Positions 1 to 14,960 of a DNA stretch of 64,000 nt are shown here, piece after piece. The stretch comes from Eledone cirrhosa. Its lineage: Eukaryota. The position numbers were made by a program, and so were the translations under genes. Location: contig OZ024751.1 in assembly GCA_964016885.1 (NCBI GenBank), positions 38,750,001 through 38,814,000 of the forward strand, read 5' to 3'. The notes beneath the pieces were generated by a model that saw only the letters and a program-made list of their open reading frames with translations, made no database searches and was not told where the DNA came from. Within the stretch, counting starts at the first letter, position 1; each line of letters begins with the position of its first letter.

Positions 1-116
1 TATTATAGTTTCATTTGTAAGACTGACCTCTTCACAAACTTCTGTCAGATTACCTAACCAATCATTAACAAATGGAAAAGATTCTTTTATCGTTTAAGCA
101 ACGCGGGAATTATATA

Positions 117-125
<9 letters not shown>

Positions 126-159
<34 letters not shown>

Positions 160-163
160 GTAA

Positions 164-201
<38 letters not shown>
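126..201. repeat. (AAT)n followed by (TA)n microsatellite
   Basis: Directly visible tandem runs. Confidence 0.95.
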
Positions 202-207
<6 letters not shown>

Positions 208-1319
208 CTTCAACGGTAGTTCTTGATATGTCTATATTTGTTCATTCATCTTATGAATACTGTCTTTCATCAGCCTTTCATGTGTCAAAAATGTGTGACC
301 CGATATTCTGAAGATTCTATTCTATTGATACCTTTTATACATGTAAGCGTGCAGACATATATATATACACCCATACATACAGATGAGCACACGGCATATG
401 TACATCCATCACTATAAATAACATATTTCCACTGTAGTGAGAAAATAACTGCTGCTTACGTACAATTACTTCACATATAGTACACTGTGGTTTAATCGTC
501 ACAATTCTTGTAAATTAGATGATTTGATCGGATTAAATCTTGGCAAAATTTCAGTGTAGATTTGTCTCTTCCTTTGCTTTTATCAGAGGAATTTTCGTCG
601 AAAACACAGCGTTTGTGTGGCTCACACATACAGAGACCAAGGTGATGGGCCATTCCGATGCGAGTGCACTCGTGGTTAAGAAGAGTACCTATTGCTGATG
701 AGTAAGGCAATGAATTTATCAAGGAGTCGTTGTTTGGCTGTGAAGCGGAACGTTGTCATATATATACATACACAATGTAAGTTTTCCGTCCTCCGTTTGG
801 ATTCCTGTCTGGGCCAAATCTTTTCCCTGGGATTTCAAATCTCGTTCCTAGAAGCCAATGCCCAATGGTTTGAAGATTAGTGCCTTGGATAAGAAAATCT
901 GCAATCTTATTCATAGTGAAAGTAAATCAATGATACTAAATAAGGAGATTAGATACCATTCAACTCCTCCACGTTTGTGTAAGAGATGAAGCTCAATCAA
1001 TGAGGCTCTCGAATATTAATATTGTTTATATCATTGAAGTCAATTGTAAAGGATGTCGGAAATAATTATATCATTCCATACAAAAATTATTGCAGAAATA
1101 TGTTTCGGTGAATAGTTTATATTTAAAGTATACACATCTAAGAATGAATATATACATACATGCTCATAAACACAAGCGTATATGCGTACATTTATATACA
1201 CAAAGTGATATATGCATAAATATATACATTAATATATACATACATACGTATACACATACATACATGCATATACACACATATATATATACAGGCACGTATA
1301 TACATATATACAGGCACAC

Positions 1320-1424
<105 letters not shown>

Positions 1425-2285
1425 ATGTGATATATATATAAATGTGTGTGTATCCGTCTGTATGGATTTATTAGCCTCATTCACTAATTTAATTTCGAAT
1501 ACACGTTTGGTTGTGAATTTATTCGTAGAATTAATACAGAAAAGTCAGATTATACTGAAGAAATAATTAATAAAAGAAACCATTGTCCTGGATTATCCCA
1601 CATTAATTTATATTGGTAATTACTTGTTCTATCTTTGGTACGGCATTGGATTTGGATGTTTGTTGATGATGATGCAGTGAAAATGACATGGGAGAAATTA
1701 CTGTAAGAATTTCTTCATTATTTTATACAATTCTGACAATATTTGAGTTAGATGTATGGCGCCAATAGAACGGCAGAGCTTGTAGAAGCATAAAATGTAA
1801 AGAAACAAAATCACTCAATCTTTACAAAGGTTGATATAAAACGAATAAGATTTTTTTACAGAATAACATTTAAAGGAAGAATCTATTGGTTTGAACCAAA
1901 ATATAAAATAATCTAATTTTCGTTGCTTTCAGTTATATTTTCTTTCTTTTTTATAATTCATGTTTCCAAAAGTCATAATCATCTTCATAAAGTCAATGTT
2001 GATTTTATTTCCCTTAAAGCAGAAAGGAAAATACACAATTTCTATATAGCATCAGCATAGAGAAAATGCGCATAGATCAGAAAAGGTTATATACATTGTA
2101 GATTAAACCTGGAATTCAGATGACACGTGTCAAATTGTATTTAGATCAATATATTAGATGGAGAAGATAGCAAGGGATTGGAAGACAATGGATTTCGATC
2201 AACATTGCAAAAGTCTCGTAGATGACAGATTGCCAAACAAATCTCAACATTGCGAAGAGTTGTAACTCCATTGTTTAAATCATCG

Positions 2286-2341
<56 letters not shown>

Positions 2342-2395
2342 CATACATATATACATGCAGACACATACTTGTGGACTAACATATCCTAGATGTCA

Positions 2396-2472
<77 letters not shown>

Positions 2473-2714
2473 AGAAGAGTGTATATGTTTATGGAGTCAT
2501 GCATATTTATATTATTTTCAAATTGAAAATGTGACTGCGTTCCAATACTATTCTTATTAAACATTTGTTCATAGCTATAAATCCTTTATGTTTAGTGTAC
2601 CAATATATACTAATGTTCAGTGACTAAAACGTTATCGTATAATATTTTAAAAGAAGGTTATGCCTTATATACTTAAAATCACACACACACAGTACATGTT
2701 AGCTGACTCGTGTG

Positions 2715-3023
2715 CAGGACAGGATTTAATTGCCCTGGGCCCCTGCAGTGGTGAGCCCCCACCAGTGTTGGCCGTAGCAACTTATCTGAGTCCTTAGGTG
2801 GGGTTTTAGTTTTAAGATGGTTAGAACTTTTTTAATTTAATTCCTGTATGTTTAACTTTTCAATTACAATTCCTTGCACGAAGCGAACTTTGATATTTAC
2901 ATTTGGGATGGGGGTGCTGTGTATTCTCATTTGTTTATGTATGAGAAGCCCTCAAAACGGAAATGCCCCGGGTCCTCGAAACCTGAAATGCCCCAGGTCC
3001 CTCAAGGTCTAATTCCAACACTC
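2715..3023. mobile_element. hAT-like MITE / non-autonomous DNA transposon
   Basis: GC-richer island flanked by an 8-bp near-perfect TSD (ctcgtgtg 2707-2714, ctcgtgta 3024-3031). Degenerate TIRs CAGGACAGGATTTA... and ...TAATTCCAACACTC, with subterminal GGGCCC/GCCCC motifs. Confidence 0.6.
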
Positions 3024-3569
3024 CTCGTGTATCAGAATTTCCATGCTTAGCGCAGACTGCATAGCTGGTTTCGACCCTTCCCCACACACACATACACTAT
3101 GATAGTTTGTTCAAAAGGCAAACTGTATTTCGAAGATATCTTTATGTGTCAACATATTATTGGTGATATCTGTCTGTCTGGGTATCGCTCTATCAACTTA
3201 TATTGTCTGTGTGCAGTATTTAGTAGACATTGAGCTAGCTTATCAGCTGCACGTGTCTAATATCACGTAATGAAGCTACCGACAGATGAAGTAAACTAGA
3301 ATCATATTGATATTAATGGTATTTTCCATTAATTTGTTGGGGGTTGAGGCTGGGTGTAGGAACACATTATCTCAGGAATTCTTGTTACAATATGGTGGTA
3401 TGTACATACTCATATATACGTAAAGAAACGTACGTACATAGAGATACATACTTACATTAAATACATATATACGTATGTTTGCTGGTTCAAGCTAGTAAAA
3501 TCACACGTACTAAGAAACAATATTGTAGTTTGATTATGCATCCAAGGTATTGTCTGTAAATACATATAT

Positions 3570-3651
<82 letters not shown>

Positions 3652-3774
3652 AGAGAGTGATAGTGTGTGCGTATTCATGTATATAATTTATATATAAAGA
3701 ATAACCGTTTACCTTACTAAAATTTATATAAATCTGGTTACACAAATACGAACAGACAGACATGATACGTACAC

Positions 3775-3863
<89 letters not shown>

Positions 3864-4401
3864 ACTGAGTGAGATATACAGGTCAGACGGTGTAACATAT
3901 AAACACTTATGGGAGTAACATTTCACATAGTTAAATTTATTTAGACGTTTTATGAAACAGATATCCACACTGTTTTACATTCGTGACAATTAGTCTGCCA
4001 GGAATTTCAGATAATTTCATTCCTCCGATTCTCTAAGATCAATACTATGTTGTCCAGATATTAATCATCCACGTTCATGGTAGCATCGAATATTCGATCG
4101 ATTTAAGCGGAAATCTTAACTACTTACAACTGTTTGTTTTTTTCAGCAAGTCGTATATAAAGTTATTTGTTTTGAAATTTACTTGACAAATTATATTCCC
4201 TTTGTCAGTAAATGTCCCTGATATTTGTTTGGTGGATGATAAAAGGAATACAAGTTGTCAAAAAGAGACTATACATTTGGCACTATATATCAGTGATACT
4301 ATCTGCCTGTATCTGTGGGAAATAATATATATGTATATATATATGAAGTATTTCCGTAGGAAGGGAAAAGGAAAGGGGAGTGCTCTATGTATGCTACATA
4401 G

Positions 4402-4482
4402 CTATATAAGCTATATAATTATAAGCTATATATAAGCTATATATAAACTATATATAAGCTATATATAAACTATATATATAAG

Positions 4483-4490
<8 letters not shown>
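4402..4490. repeat. Minisatellite of (TA)-derived units with core AAGCTATATA
   Basis: About 8 imperfect repeats of taagcta/taaacta plus TA that grade into pure (TA)n. Confidence 0.85.
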
Positions 4491-4517
<27 letters not shown>

Positions 4518-4649
4518 ATACAATAACAGAGAAAGCTTTAAGCTAAACTCCGACTGGTAACCATCTCACTCAACAAACTTTAGGATATACGTTAGTATAG
4601 TCCCAATTTAGTGTTTGGGGTGCTAACTATATGTATTTTGTGGAAAGCC

Positions 4650-4752
<103 letters not shown>

Positions 4753-4959
4753 GGCGTTTCTTATCAAATGTATGTAAAGTCATGTGTTTAATACACCACA
4801 AGAACAATACTGTTTATCTAAATTACGTTGATGCTATCGCAATCGCTCGCTGATCGATCGACAGGTTCCCAGACCTCATTCGGTTGTCGAGAGCGGTGGA
4901 GCTCGGAAATTCAGACCAAGGAAACAATGTTTCCATTGATCGATTCATTGCTGATACTA

Positions 4960-5107
4960 TCTATCCGTTGCAACTCCCAGTAGAAAGAGCAACGTGAAAT
5001 TAAATGACTTGCTCAAGGACACAACATATCACCAGGTCCAAGAATTGAACTTGCAGCTTCACGATTGTGAATTCAACTTTCTAGCCAATAAGTCTAGCGG
5101 CTTCACA
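4960..5107 (-). mobile_element. Degenerate tRNA-derived SINE (second family)
   Basis: The minus strand has a tRNA-like head with B-box-like AGTTCAATTC, then TGTTGTGTCCTTGAGCAAG...TTTCACGTTGCTC, a typical central SINE domain. Confidence 0.6.
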
Positions 5108-6260
5108 CTATCTTTATAGTAGGAAAACATGTGTAAAACCTTTACATGGTTTGATGGGTGGCATATGATACCTGAACTCTGCAGACGTGGCGAAAACTTT
5201 GCGGACAATTATTCACGATACTCACAGCATCAGTCACGAAACGTTTATCCCACTCTGCTTTAAATGTCAATGACGTTAATGAATATCTGACATGAATCAC
5301 ATATTCCTCCTTTATATTTCATTGACTAACCTATCAAGGGGAAACACGTAGGAAATATTTAGTGAATGCCGTAACACCGACATATTTGCAACTGAAATAA
5401 TGACATAAATATCGATAAAATAACTTCAAGTATTCTTCAACATAATGTTATAATATTGATCAGAATTTTGAAAATCTAGCCATTCAATATCTTGAATATT
5501 AGTATCCGTCTAAACACTTAATTGAGGACTAATGGCAACGGTCTCAGAATATAAGAATGTAGTTTAAGAATGTTTCTTATAAATCTAAGATCGGAAACGG
5601 GACGATGAAACATTTATCACTTACACTTAATGACGTTATAAATCATTATGATATATCAAATCACAACAAAAGAAACTGCAAAGAAACAGGAAATTACTGA
5701 GTATAAATTCTGAATGTTTTCATCTGACGAGTTTTAATAAATAAAATTCTCTATTCAATAATCTTTTCATACCATCCGTGAAACAATACAAATCTGGCGC
5801 TGTCACTCTCGTTTAAAGGTTATGGAAGAGAGAATATAACGACATTGACATGTAAATGAAGAAATCGGTTTAAATAAGCATCTACAACACATAATTTCGT
5901 TTAATTATTATGAAAATAAAATCAATCTAATTTCTATAGATCTTTACACCCAGACACCCACACACTCTTGTCATTATCACATACTGCTACGTATATTTAA
6001 ATATAGAACACAGAAATAATGATGCGTGATTAATTAATTATTAACCAAAAGAGAGTGTGATGATGAAACTAGTTATTTCAAGATTGAACCATTTCCTAAC
6101 GAGTTAATATAGTTACTATGCTACAAACCATGTTCCAACAAATTATCTGCTGAAATTAGTAATTCTAACACGGAGGAAGCTCTATAAGATTGCTTCACAT
6201 GATGAAAATATAACAACCAAATTTTCGTCAACCTGCACCCTATCTCAGGCCTCCAGCCTA

Positions 6261-6449
6261 AATAATTGTTTCTACCTTTAGCACAAGGCCAGCAATTATC
6301 CCAGTGCATTACTGATACTTTATTTTATCGACCTCGTAAGGATGAAAGGCAAAGTTACCCTCGGCGGGATTTGAACTCAGACCATAAAGGGCCATAACTC
6401 TTTGCTGCAAAGCATGGCGTTCGACTCTCTACCGATACTGCCAATCCAC
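6261..6449 (-). mobile_element. tRNA-derived SINE, main family, full length
   Basis: A-box-like TGGCAGTATCGG, B-box GAGTTCAAATCC, central GCCTTTCATCCTTACGAGGTCGATAAAATAAAGTA (resembles the MetaSINE domain from memory) and tail GTAGAAACAATTATT. Many near-identical copies occur in the window. Confidence 0.9.
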
Positions 6450-7020
6450 AGGTTGGTATATTCACTTGAGGTATTGGCGTATACACATAAATATGTTTTC
6501 TTCTACTCTTCGGTAATATCATTTCAAAAAGAGAGGTATCACCCTTGGTGCTTCTGAAATGAAATTAAAGCTGAATAGTCGCCTTTTGAAGCACATAAAC
6601 AAAACTCAAACAGGCAGGGTTTTCAGAAATATGTTAATGACAGAAGAACAGATATTAGGTGAGGAAGTCACGCTAACACAGTCGTTTACATTACCATAGA
6701 TGTTTTTTGAAGGAGTTTGAGTGTAAATAAAAAATAAATAGCAAATACAATTCATGAGTTCTGGCGTAATTTTCTTTTAAACTTGGTATGGGTAACTTCT
6801 GAGATAAATTCGTTTAAATGTGATTCATTATGTTGTAATATATGATGCTACTGATTTAGCAAGAGACATAGGTCAGAAGATAATTTTAAGACGACGAATG
6901 AATTCTGAGTATAAATATTAATAATTATAAGGAGTCGAAGTGACAAAACAGGCAAACGTAAAGCAGCCTAATACTTTGATAGGGTGGCATGTGCAATGTC
7001 TCTCTCTGTATATATATATA

Positions 7021-7051
<31 letters not shown>

Positions 7052-7742
7052 TAGAGAGAAAGAGAGATAGTGTGTGTATGGATACATATATGCATGTGTG
7101 TTTATATACAAACACACACACATATATATATATATGTCTGTGTGTGTGTATGTATATAACGAAAGTCATTTTTAGTGAAGAGATAAACCATTTAAGCAGG
7201 AAAAGCCGAATATATATCCATGATCAAAGAAATATTTTGGTAGTCACTTATTAACGGAGAACATTTTATTGAAGAATTTCACTATCATATGTCTAAATTA
7301 ATGAAGCTGGAAAACGGCCAAATTTACGTTGAATTGATACGTGACACGACAATTTACTAAATGTTTAGACAAAAGTTTGTCAACAACTTTATCCTTATAT
7401 TTTCATTCATCTCGTGCTTTCTCATAATAAAACTGCCAAAACTACACAGCCTTCCTATCAGTCTTTTTAATTGGTAAATAGGTTTAGACGTAATTTATTT
7501 GTATTTTTATATATTATGTGAGAAATTTTGAAACGAAATTAATGCAGTCAGAAATATACCATATGTCTAATGATTTCTTTGTTGAAATAAACTTATAGCG
7601 AAATTTAGAGATTGTGGTTATAAAATCACTGGAGACACCTGTCTCTATGAATATTTTTTAAAGTTACCAATATTAAGATAAAGTTATGACCCAAGAAAAA
7701 CTGGTACTAGTGCGGACATATGTACATACATACACACACACA

Positions 7743-7865
<123 letters not shown>

Positions 7866-8066
7866 TTCTACATGACTAGAACTGTTTCATTTGTAGTAAA
7901 TCATCAGGAAAGCCCCGATGATATCCTTCGAATGAAACATTTCTTGTCCTGTAGAAGTCATTTCTATATTAAATATTTATACTCAGTTATGTATTGACTA
8001 CCTTACTTATTGTGGTTAGCCCCGATTGAACCCGACACACATACCCCCCCCCCCCCACACACACAC

Positions 8067-8095
<29 letters not shown>

Positions 8096-8101
<6 letters not shown>

Positions 8102-8324
8102 TAAAATAACAGATTAAAGTTTAAGCAAAGAATCGCTGCTTTCACCCTTAACGGGATCTGAGACTCAGTTTCAGAAGATCCCGTTAAGGGTGAAAGCAGC
8201 GATTCTTTGCTTAAACTTTAATCTGATATTTTAATAAATATTTGCTCTACGGTTCTTATATATTTGATATATATTTATCCTTATCGAGCCCACTTGGGAT
8301 TTTAGTGTTCAAATTTATTATTAT

Positions 8325-8328
<4 letters not shown>
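8096..8328 (+). mobile_element. Fold-back element family A in (TA)n, PLE-like end
   Basis: About 66-bp inverted arms (8094-8159 and 8176-8241) plus a unique 3' tail, with (TA)n on both sides. Two more copies start at 9199 and 9653. Confidence 0.8.
8167..8217 (+). ncRNA. Hammerhead ribozyme-like motif (type I, variant core CAGAAGA)
   Basis: Stem I AGTTT/AAACT, core CAGAAGA (U4>A), stem II CCC-GTTAA-GGG, GAAA 8192-8195, stem III AGCA/TGCT. Predicted cut after T8212. Confidence 0.55.
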
Positions 8329-8392
<64 letters not shown>

Positions 8393-9156
8393 TAAGAAGC
8401 TGATGGGATCTTTGTAGGATAAACTCAAAAGAGACCCGTTGCAAGTTAATCAGGCATCCGCCAATTGTATTTGGTCGAGAATGTTTGTATGCAGTAATAC
8501 TCAGTGTGCGTGGGTTGCTGGACATGTGCCAATGTTAGTACTAATTATAATCTACTACATTATGAACTAAACCCAAAATGTTCATGATGGTATCAGAAGG
8601 TAACCTGAAGATATTATACTAATGAAATTATTTCAAAAGCTCTCTCTTCTCTCTCTATCTCTATCTCTCTATCGATTATACAGAAATGACCAATATCAAA
8701 ATTTCCCTATAAATTCGTTACTCAGCTAGAGTCAAGTGAGGAAATATATATAATTAATATTAATCTTCCTTAATATGCCTATGTCATGTGTTTCTAAGTC
8801 TAAATCAAACGATTATCTTAAGTACCTCACGAATTTACTATTCCGTCTTCTTCAATTCTAATTTATTGTCATCTTTGAAAACTTTTGTAATATAATCTTT
8901 CTTATTATAAAAATGAAATTAAGATTACATTTTCCAAAGACGTTCCTATATAATATAGTAGGGGATGTCACATATATTATATAGAGAATGACAGAATATA
9001 GCAAGTAAATAATCATTATAGCGTATCTTATGCCCAGACATATGGTATGTATGGCGTGCCCTAAGCTGGAACTAACGCATTGAGGTACATTTATGTATGT
9101 ATGTGGTGAGGAGGACTAACTCCTGGGGAGGCATGTAAGTGGTGTAGTAATATACG

Positions 9157-9198
<42 letters not shown>

Positions 9199-9204
<6 letters not shown>

Positions 9205-9298
9205 TAAAATAACAGATTAAAGTTTAAGCAAATAATTGCTGCTTTCACCCTTATCGAGCCCTCTTTGGATGTTAGTCTTGAAATTTATTATTATTACT
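9199..9298 (+). mobile_element. Family A copy with hairpin deleted
   Basis: Same left arm and tail as 8096-8328, joined at the shared CCTTA microhomology. Confidence 0.85.
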
Positions 9299-9390
9299 AT
9301 ATATATATATATACATGTTGTAATATAGTATAATTAGTTACAACAGTGACGAGAAAATGTTATATATGTATACATATACATATATATATA

Positions 9391-9542
9391 GCTTGGACTT
9401 AGTGATGGCTTTCCATCACCTTTAGGTACCTTTAGGTACCCGGACAGACGTTCATCCACGAAACTCGCGAGCCACGTATGGTCCCTCAAGGACTCAAGTA
9501 TAGACTATTACATTCAATGGAAAGCCATCACTAGGTCCAAGC
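9391..9542 (+). mobile_element. Fold-back element family F in (TA)n with partial hammerhead-like motif
   Basis: 26-bp terminal inverted repeats (9391-9416 and 9517-9542). Internal GGA...TCC-AC-GAAA-CTCGCGAG has a palindromic stem III but no CUGANGA. Confidence 0.6.
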
Positions 9543-9652
9543 CATACATATATATATATATATTTGATTTATTATAGAAATGGGTTCTACATGGCCCTAG
9601 ATTGAACAAGGGACCAAAATATATAATAGATGGAAAATAATTATTTATATAT

Positions 9653-9763
9653 ATTTATTAAAATAACAAATTAAAGTTTAAGCAAAGAATCGCTGCTTAA
9701 ACTTTATATATATTTATCCTTATGGAGCCCTCTTTGGATTTTAGACTTAAAATTTATTATTAT

Positions 9764-9767
<4 letters not shown>
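9653..9767 (+). mobile_element. Family A copy with a different hairpin deletion
   Basis: Left arm joined at TGCTT to the right-arm remnant AAACTTTA, then the shared tail. Confidence 0.85.
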
Positions 9768-9822
<55 letters not shown>

Positions 9823-9824
9823 AG

Positions 9825-9975
9825 ATAATTTTGCAGCTACTGGTGATAAACATTCACTAAGGATCTGAGTAGACCAACGCAAAAGAAATGTTATGTTAAA
9901 AAACTGCAACGCGCCAGCCACTTGAGGTATCGAACCCTGGACATTACTATCCTGAGCCAATCACCCTCAACACAG
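9825..9975 (-). mobile_element. Possible tRNA-derived SINE fragment
   Basis: B-box GGTTCGATACC on the minus strand in a T-arm-like context, bounded by microsatellites. Confidence 0.4.
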
Positions 9976-10484
9976 TGTGTGTGTTTGTGTGTGTTTACAT
10001 GTGTGTGTGTGTGTGTTTACATGTGTGTGTGTGTGTGTGTGTGTGCACATATTTATTCACAGACACTTTTTTACTGGAGGGCTTTGCTGCTAAATAAAAC
10101 CACTAGAATCAACAATCGGGCGAGAAACATAACAATAACGAAGACAGCTTCCTTACTTTTAGAAACAACTCTCCCTCAGGGATATTAATTATTTTCTCTT
10201 ATATTTTTTATCCTACTTTGTTTAACAATATTGTTTTTATATCTACTATTAATAATGAAAGTGAAAGAAAGAAAGAAAAAACTAAACCCATTTCTTTCGC
10301 TATTCACATGTGTCTATATAGTTTTTCTTGCATACTTTATAAGGCTTTATGGACATATATATAGATTTCTACTAACGCTTTATACTGATAAAGATTATTG
10401 GTATACGTTTTTGTTTCTATATTTCTTACTGAATAATAAGTTATAAATAGGGAATTGAAGACCTAAGACGAACTAGGCCTATTA

Positions 10485-10517
<33 letters not shown>

Positions 10518-11379
10518 TGTGTATAAATAAATATAAATGCATATATAAATATATACAGACATGCCTACATATAAATATATACATGCATACAGATATACGT
10601 GTATGTGTATGTATATATATATAAAACACATTTGTCTAGCAGGAAATCTCCAGAGAAACAAATACATTCTCTGTTCACAGTTTATATTTTGTGTAAGTAA
10701 TTCTATAATATATAGATATATTGAAAATATGTCTTTATGACAATTTATAACTTAATAATTTGCGAGATGCATTCTATATAAAGCTGACTTGTAAATATAT
10801 TATTCACACTATATTTCCACATAGACACATTTGCATACACATTTCTGTATATATAAACTTAGGAAAATTAACAAAGAGAACACAAGGCACCTAACGAAAA
10901 CAAGGCAAGACAAACATTTTTTTAAAGGGGGAAACCTAAAAAACATATTTTTTGAAAATAAAAATAGAAAGAAAGACAGAACTCCAGTATCGTCAGCCGT
11001 TGAGCGGGCAGTTTTCATTTTCGATTCCTACCAACGGTACATCTAATTCAACCAGGATCACAGCGTCCGACACAAGCCAGAGCGTTGATCATTGAGTAAG
11101 ATACAAGACAAAACAATTTATAGAAATTAAGCAAAACATAGAAACAAGACAAGAATAACGTAAAATATCGTGTTACATGTAAATAATTGAGATACTTGTG
11201 GGAGAAGAGGAAACACCTTCTTCACAGATTAGTCAACTTGGAGAGAGAGAGCAAGAGAGAGAGAGAGAGAAATATATAAGCTTGCTATTTGGCTGACAAG
11301 GTTAGAACAAACTGTGTCACTAGACTCTTGTTCTTTCTTACAATGTTTGTGTATATATATATATATATGTATGTGTGTG

Positions 11380-11443
<64 letters not shown>

Positions 11444-11467
11444 GAACAAAGGTCTAGTGACACACAC

Positions 11468-11508
<41 letters not shown>

Positions 11509-11783
11509 TATATGTATGTATGTATATTGATTCTTCTATGATTGTCTGGAAGGCTTTCCTAAGTTAAGCGTCTAGAACCTACTGGTATCTACATTCGGGC
11601 AATAACAAAACATAACAGATTCTCTACTTTCAGCCATAACTCAGCCTTGGGGCTGTTAATTATTGTATTTTTTGTTATTTTCTCCGATAATTCTTTTTTT
11701 TTTCCTTATCCAGAATTGCTAATAAACGAGAAAAAACATTCTACTCGTTATATTTTTTACATTAATAAATAACTTCTTATACT

Positions 11784-11835
<52 letters not shown>

Positions 11836-11927
11836 TATATGTATACATACATATATACACATAGATTTACATATATTACACACATATATATATATATAAT
11901 GGACTCTCCTGTCGATGTCACGTATGA

Positions 11928-11976
<49 letters not shown>

Positions 11977-11979
<3 letters not shown>

Positions 11980-12094
11980 CGAAGTAAGTGTGGTAAGGAA
12001 CCAGGTCGACCATAATGCACCAGAGTACTGAATGCTTAGGGTAGTAGAGTGGGTAATAGGAAAATGTTCAAGACCCCGTCGGCGTCTTGAACAT

Positions 12095-12098
<4 letters not shown>
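11977..12098 (-). mobile_element. Fold-back element family C, short-hairpin variant
   Basis: Shares TAACGAAG...TAGGGTAGTAGAGTGG with the copies at 25167, 46262 and 59264. Terminal hairpin GAAAATGTTCAAGAC...GTCTTGAACATTTTC, flanked by (TA)n. Confidence 0.8.
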
Positions 12099-12134
<36 letters not shown>

Positions 12135-13915
12135 TTAATTTATCAAGGCGAAATTGTCTGTCTATTTCACTTTAATAAGATGAATATCACACCTACTGGT
12201 ATCGAGTAAAGATACGTTAATCACATACGAAATATATATATATATATACATTGGTTCGATAAGACGCCTAACTCGTTAATAATGTTTTGATAATTCACAG
12301 AGTATATTAATCTTTATTTTACCAGAGAAAAGAAATAAGCCAATCACACGGACACCCACCCACATACACGTCTACGTGTGTCTGTGTGGGGCTTGTCTCC
12401 TAGCTGGTACGGATCCTATATGCATAGTTTGATAGAGACTTTTCTCATTTATTTACAATTGCTTTAGAAAAAAGTGACAAGGCTAAAACGTTAATATATA
12501 TATAAATATATATTTATAAGTAAAATCTTTAGTTTATAATTTCGAAATTCTTTCCAAGATTATGTTTTAAGACTTATTTCTGAAGTTTGAAAAACACTGA
12601 CGTATGGAGCCGGTCTACAGTTCCTTGAGGACATTGAAGATCGAATGTAAAAGAGCAAAGATTAAGTGCCCTGAATTGTAAGCTGATTAAATTGGCAGCA
12701 GATGTTCTGCTGAATTACTTGACCATTCTTGGAAACATCACGATCGAATAGCTGGAGAGAAAATAGTTGTGAATTTAAACAAGACGCTCCTGCTACTAAA
12801 ATAATGATTTGGATATGGGTTGGGGGAGGACTCTTTAATTGACAGCGACACATACGCCATAATAGTCTTTCAAATATATTATATTCTATCAATATTTGAG
12901 AATTTATGATGCATACACACATGCATATATATATATAGATATTCATGTATACATATGCACACACAGTGACATTTATATATACATTCTTTATATATTTGTA
13001 TACATATATATGTATATTTATAGATATATATACTCACAAATACAAACATACGCATATACAAAATATATATCTGCAGTATTATATGCATTTTATATAGAAT
13101 CCATTGACAAGTTTGTATTTGTTTCCCAAAATATACATTTCTTGCGCATCCACTAAGATTATCACATTATTCCAATCAGCAAAATGTTATGCAAATATCT
13201 ATTGTGGTGTCCAGTGCGGTCCCAGTGAAATTTCGTTGCTGGAAACTGGTGTATATATATATGTGTGTGTGTGTGTGCATGTGTATGTGTGTGTGTGTGT
13301 GAGTGTGTGTATGTGTGTGTGTGTGCGTGTGTGTGTATACGTTACATCAAATCACGACTCAGTAAAATAGTATCTTTAGCATTTCCTAAAGAGAAAGCGT
13401 TAAAAGCATTTTTTTTCTTTTAATGTGTTTTATATAAGAAAATATCTCTTCGAAATATTTCGTCAAATATAAAAGTTTTTACTTACATTTGCTAGGTGAA
13501 ACGAAACGGAATGGTGTGTGGTGTTTATTCCTCACTCAAGAGGATGAAAGGACTTTCTAACTGATATGAAATGCTAATATACACACTCTTGAACTGCATT
13601 ATTCCTATTATTTTAGCAGAATACGAATAACGATTTCCGGTGATTGATATTGAAACCATAACGCAGTTTGTGTTTGCAACCAAGACCATACAATATTTCT
13701 CTCCCTGATTCGATGTTTTAGATTCTAGAGGTAGGGCCCTACATGCTATTAAGCAGTACAATGATATATTTGCCTTGTTGAATATATACACAAATTTGAA
13801 AATTCGCTTAAATAAAATTCAGATACCCCACTGATATGTCTAAGAAGCAACACACGTTTTTATTACAGGAGATAAATTATTCAGATCTCTAGAGGGTTTT
13901 CATAATAAACTTGAT

Positions 13916-14960
<1,045 letters not shown>

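Noticed and set aside
690-725. CTGATGA hammerhead-like core
   Set aside because: It is followed by GAAT rather than GAAA, with no stem I or III pairing.
6350-6449. tRNA gene
   Set aside because: A and B boxes are present but there is no cloverleaf; it is the head of a multicopy SINE.
7880-7910. Minus-strand CTGATGA...GAAAC
   Set aside because: No stem I complement; likely chance in AT-rich DNA.
8600-8640. CTGAAGA-TATTATACTAAT-GAAA
   Set aside because: Stem I and stem III do not pair.
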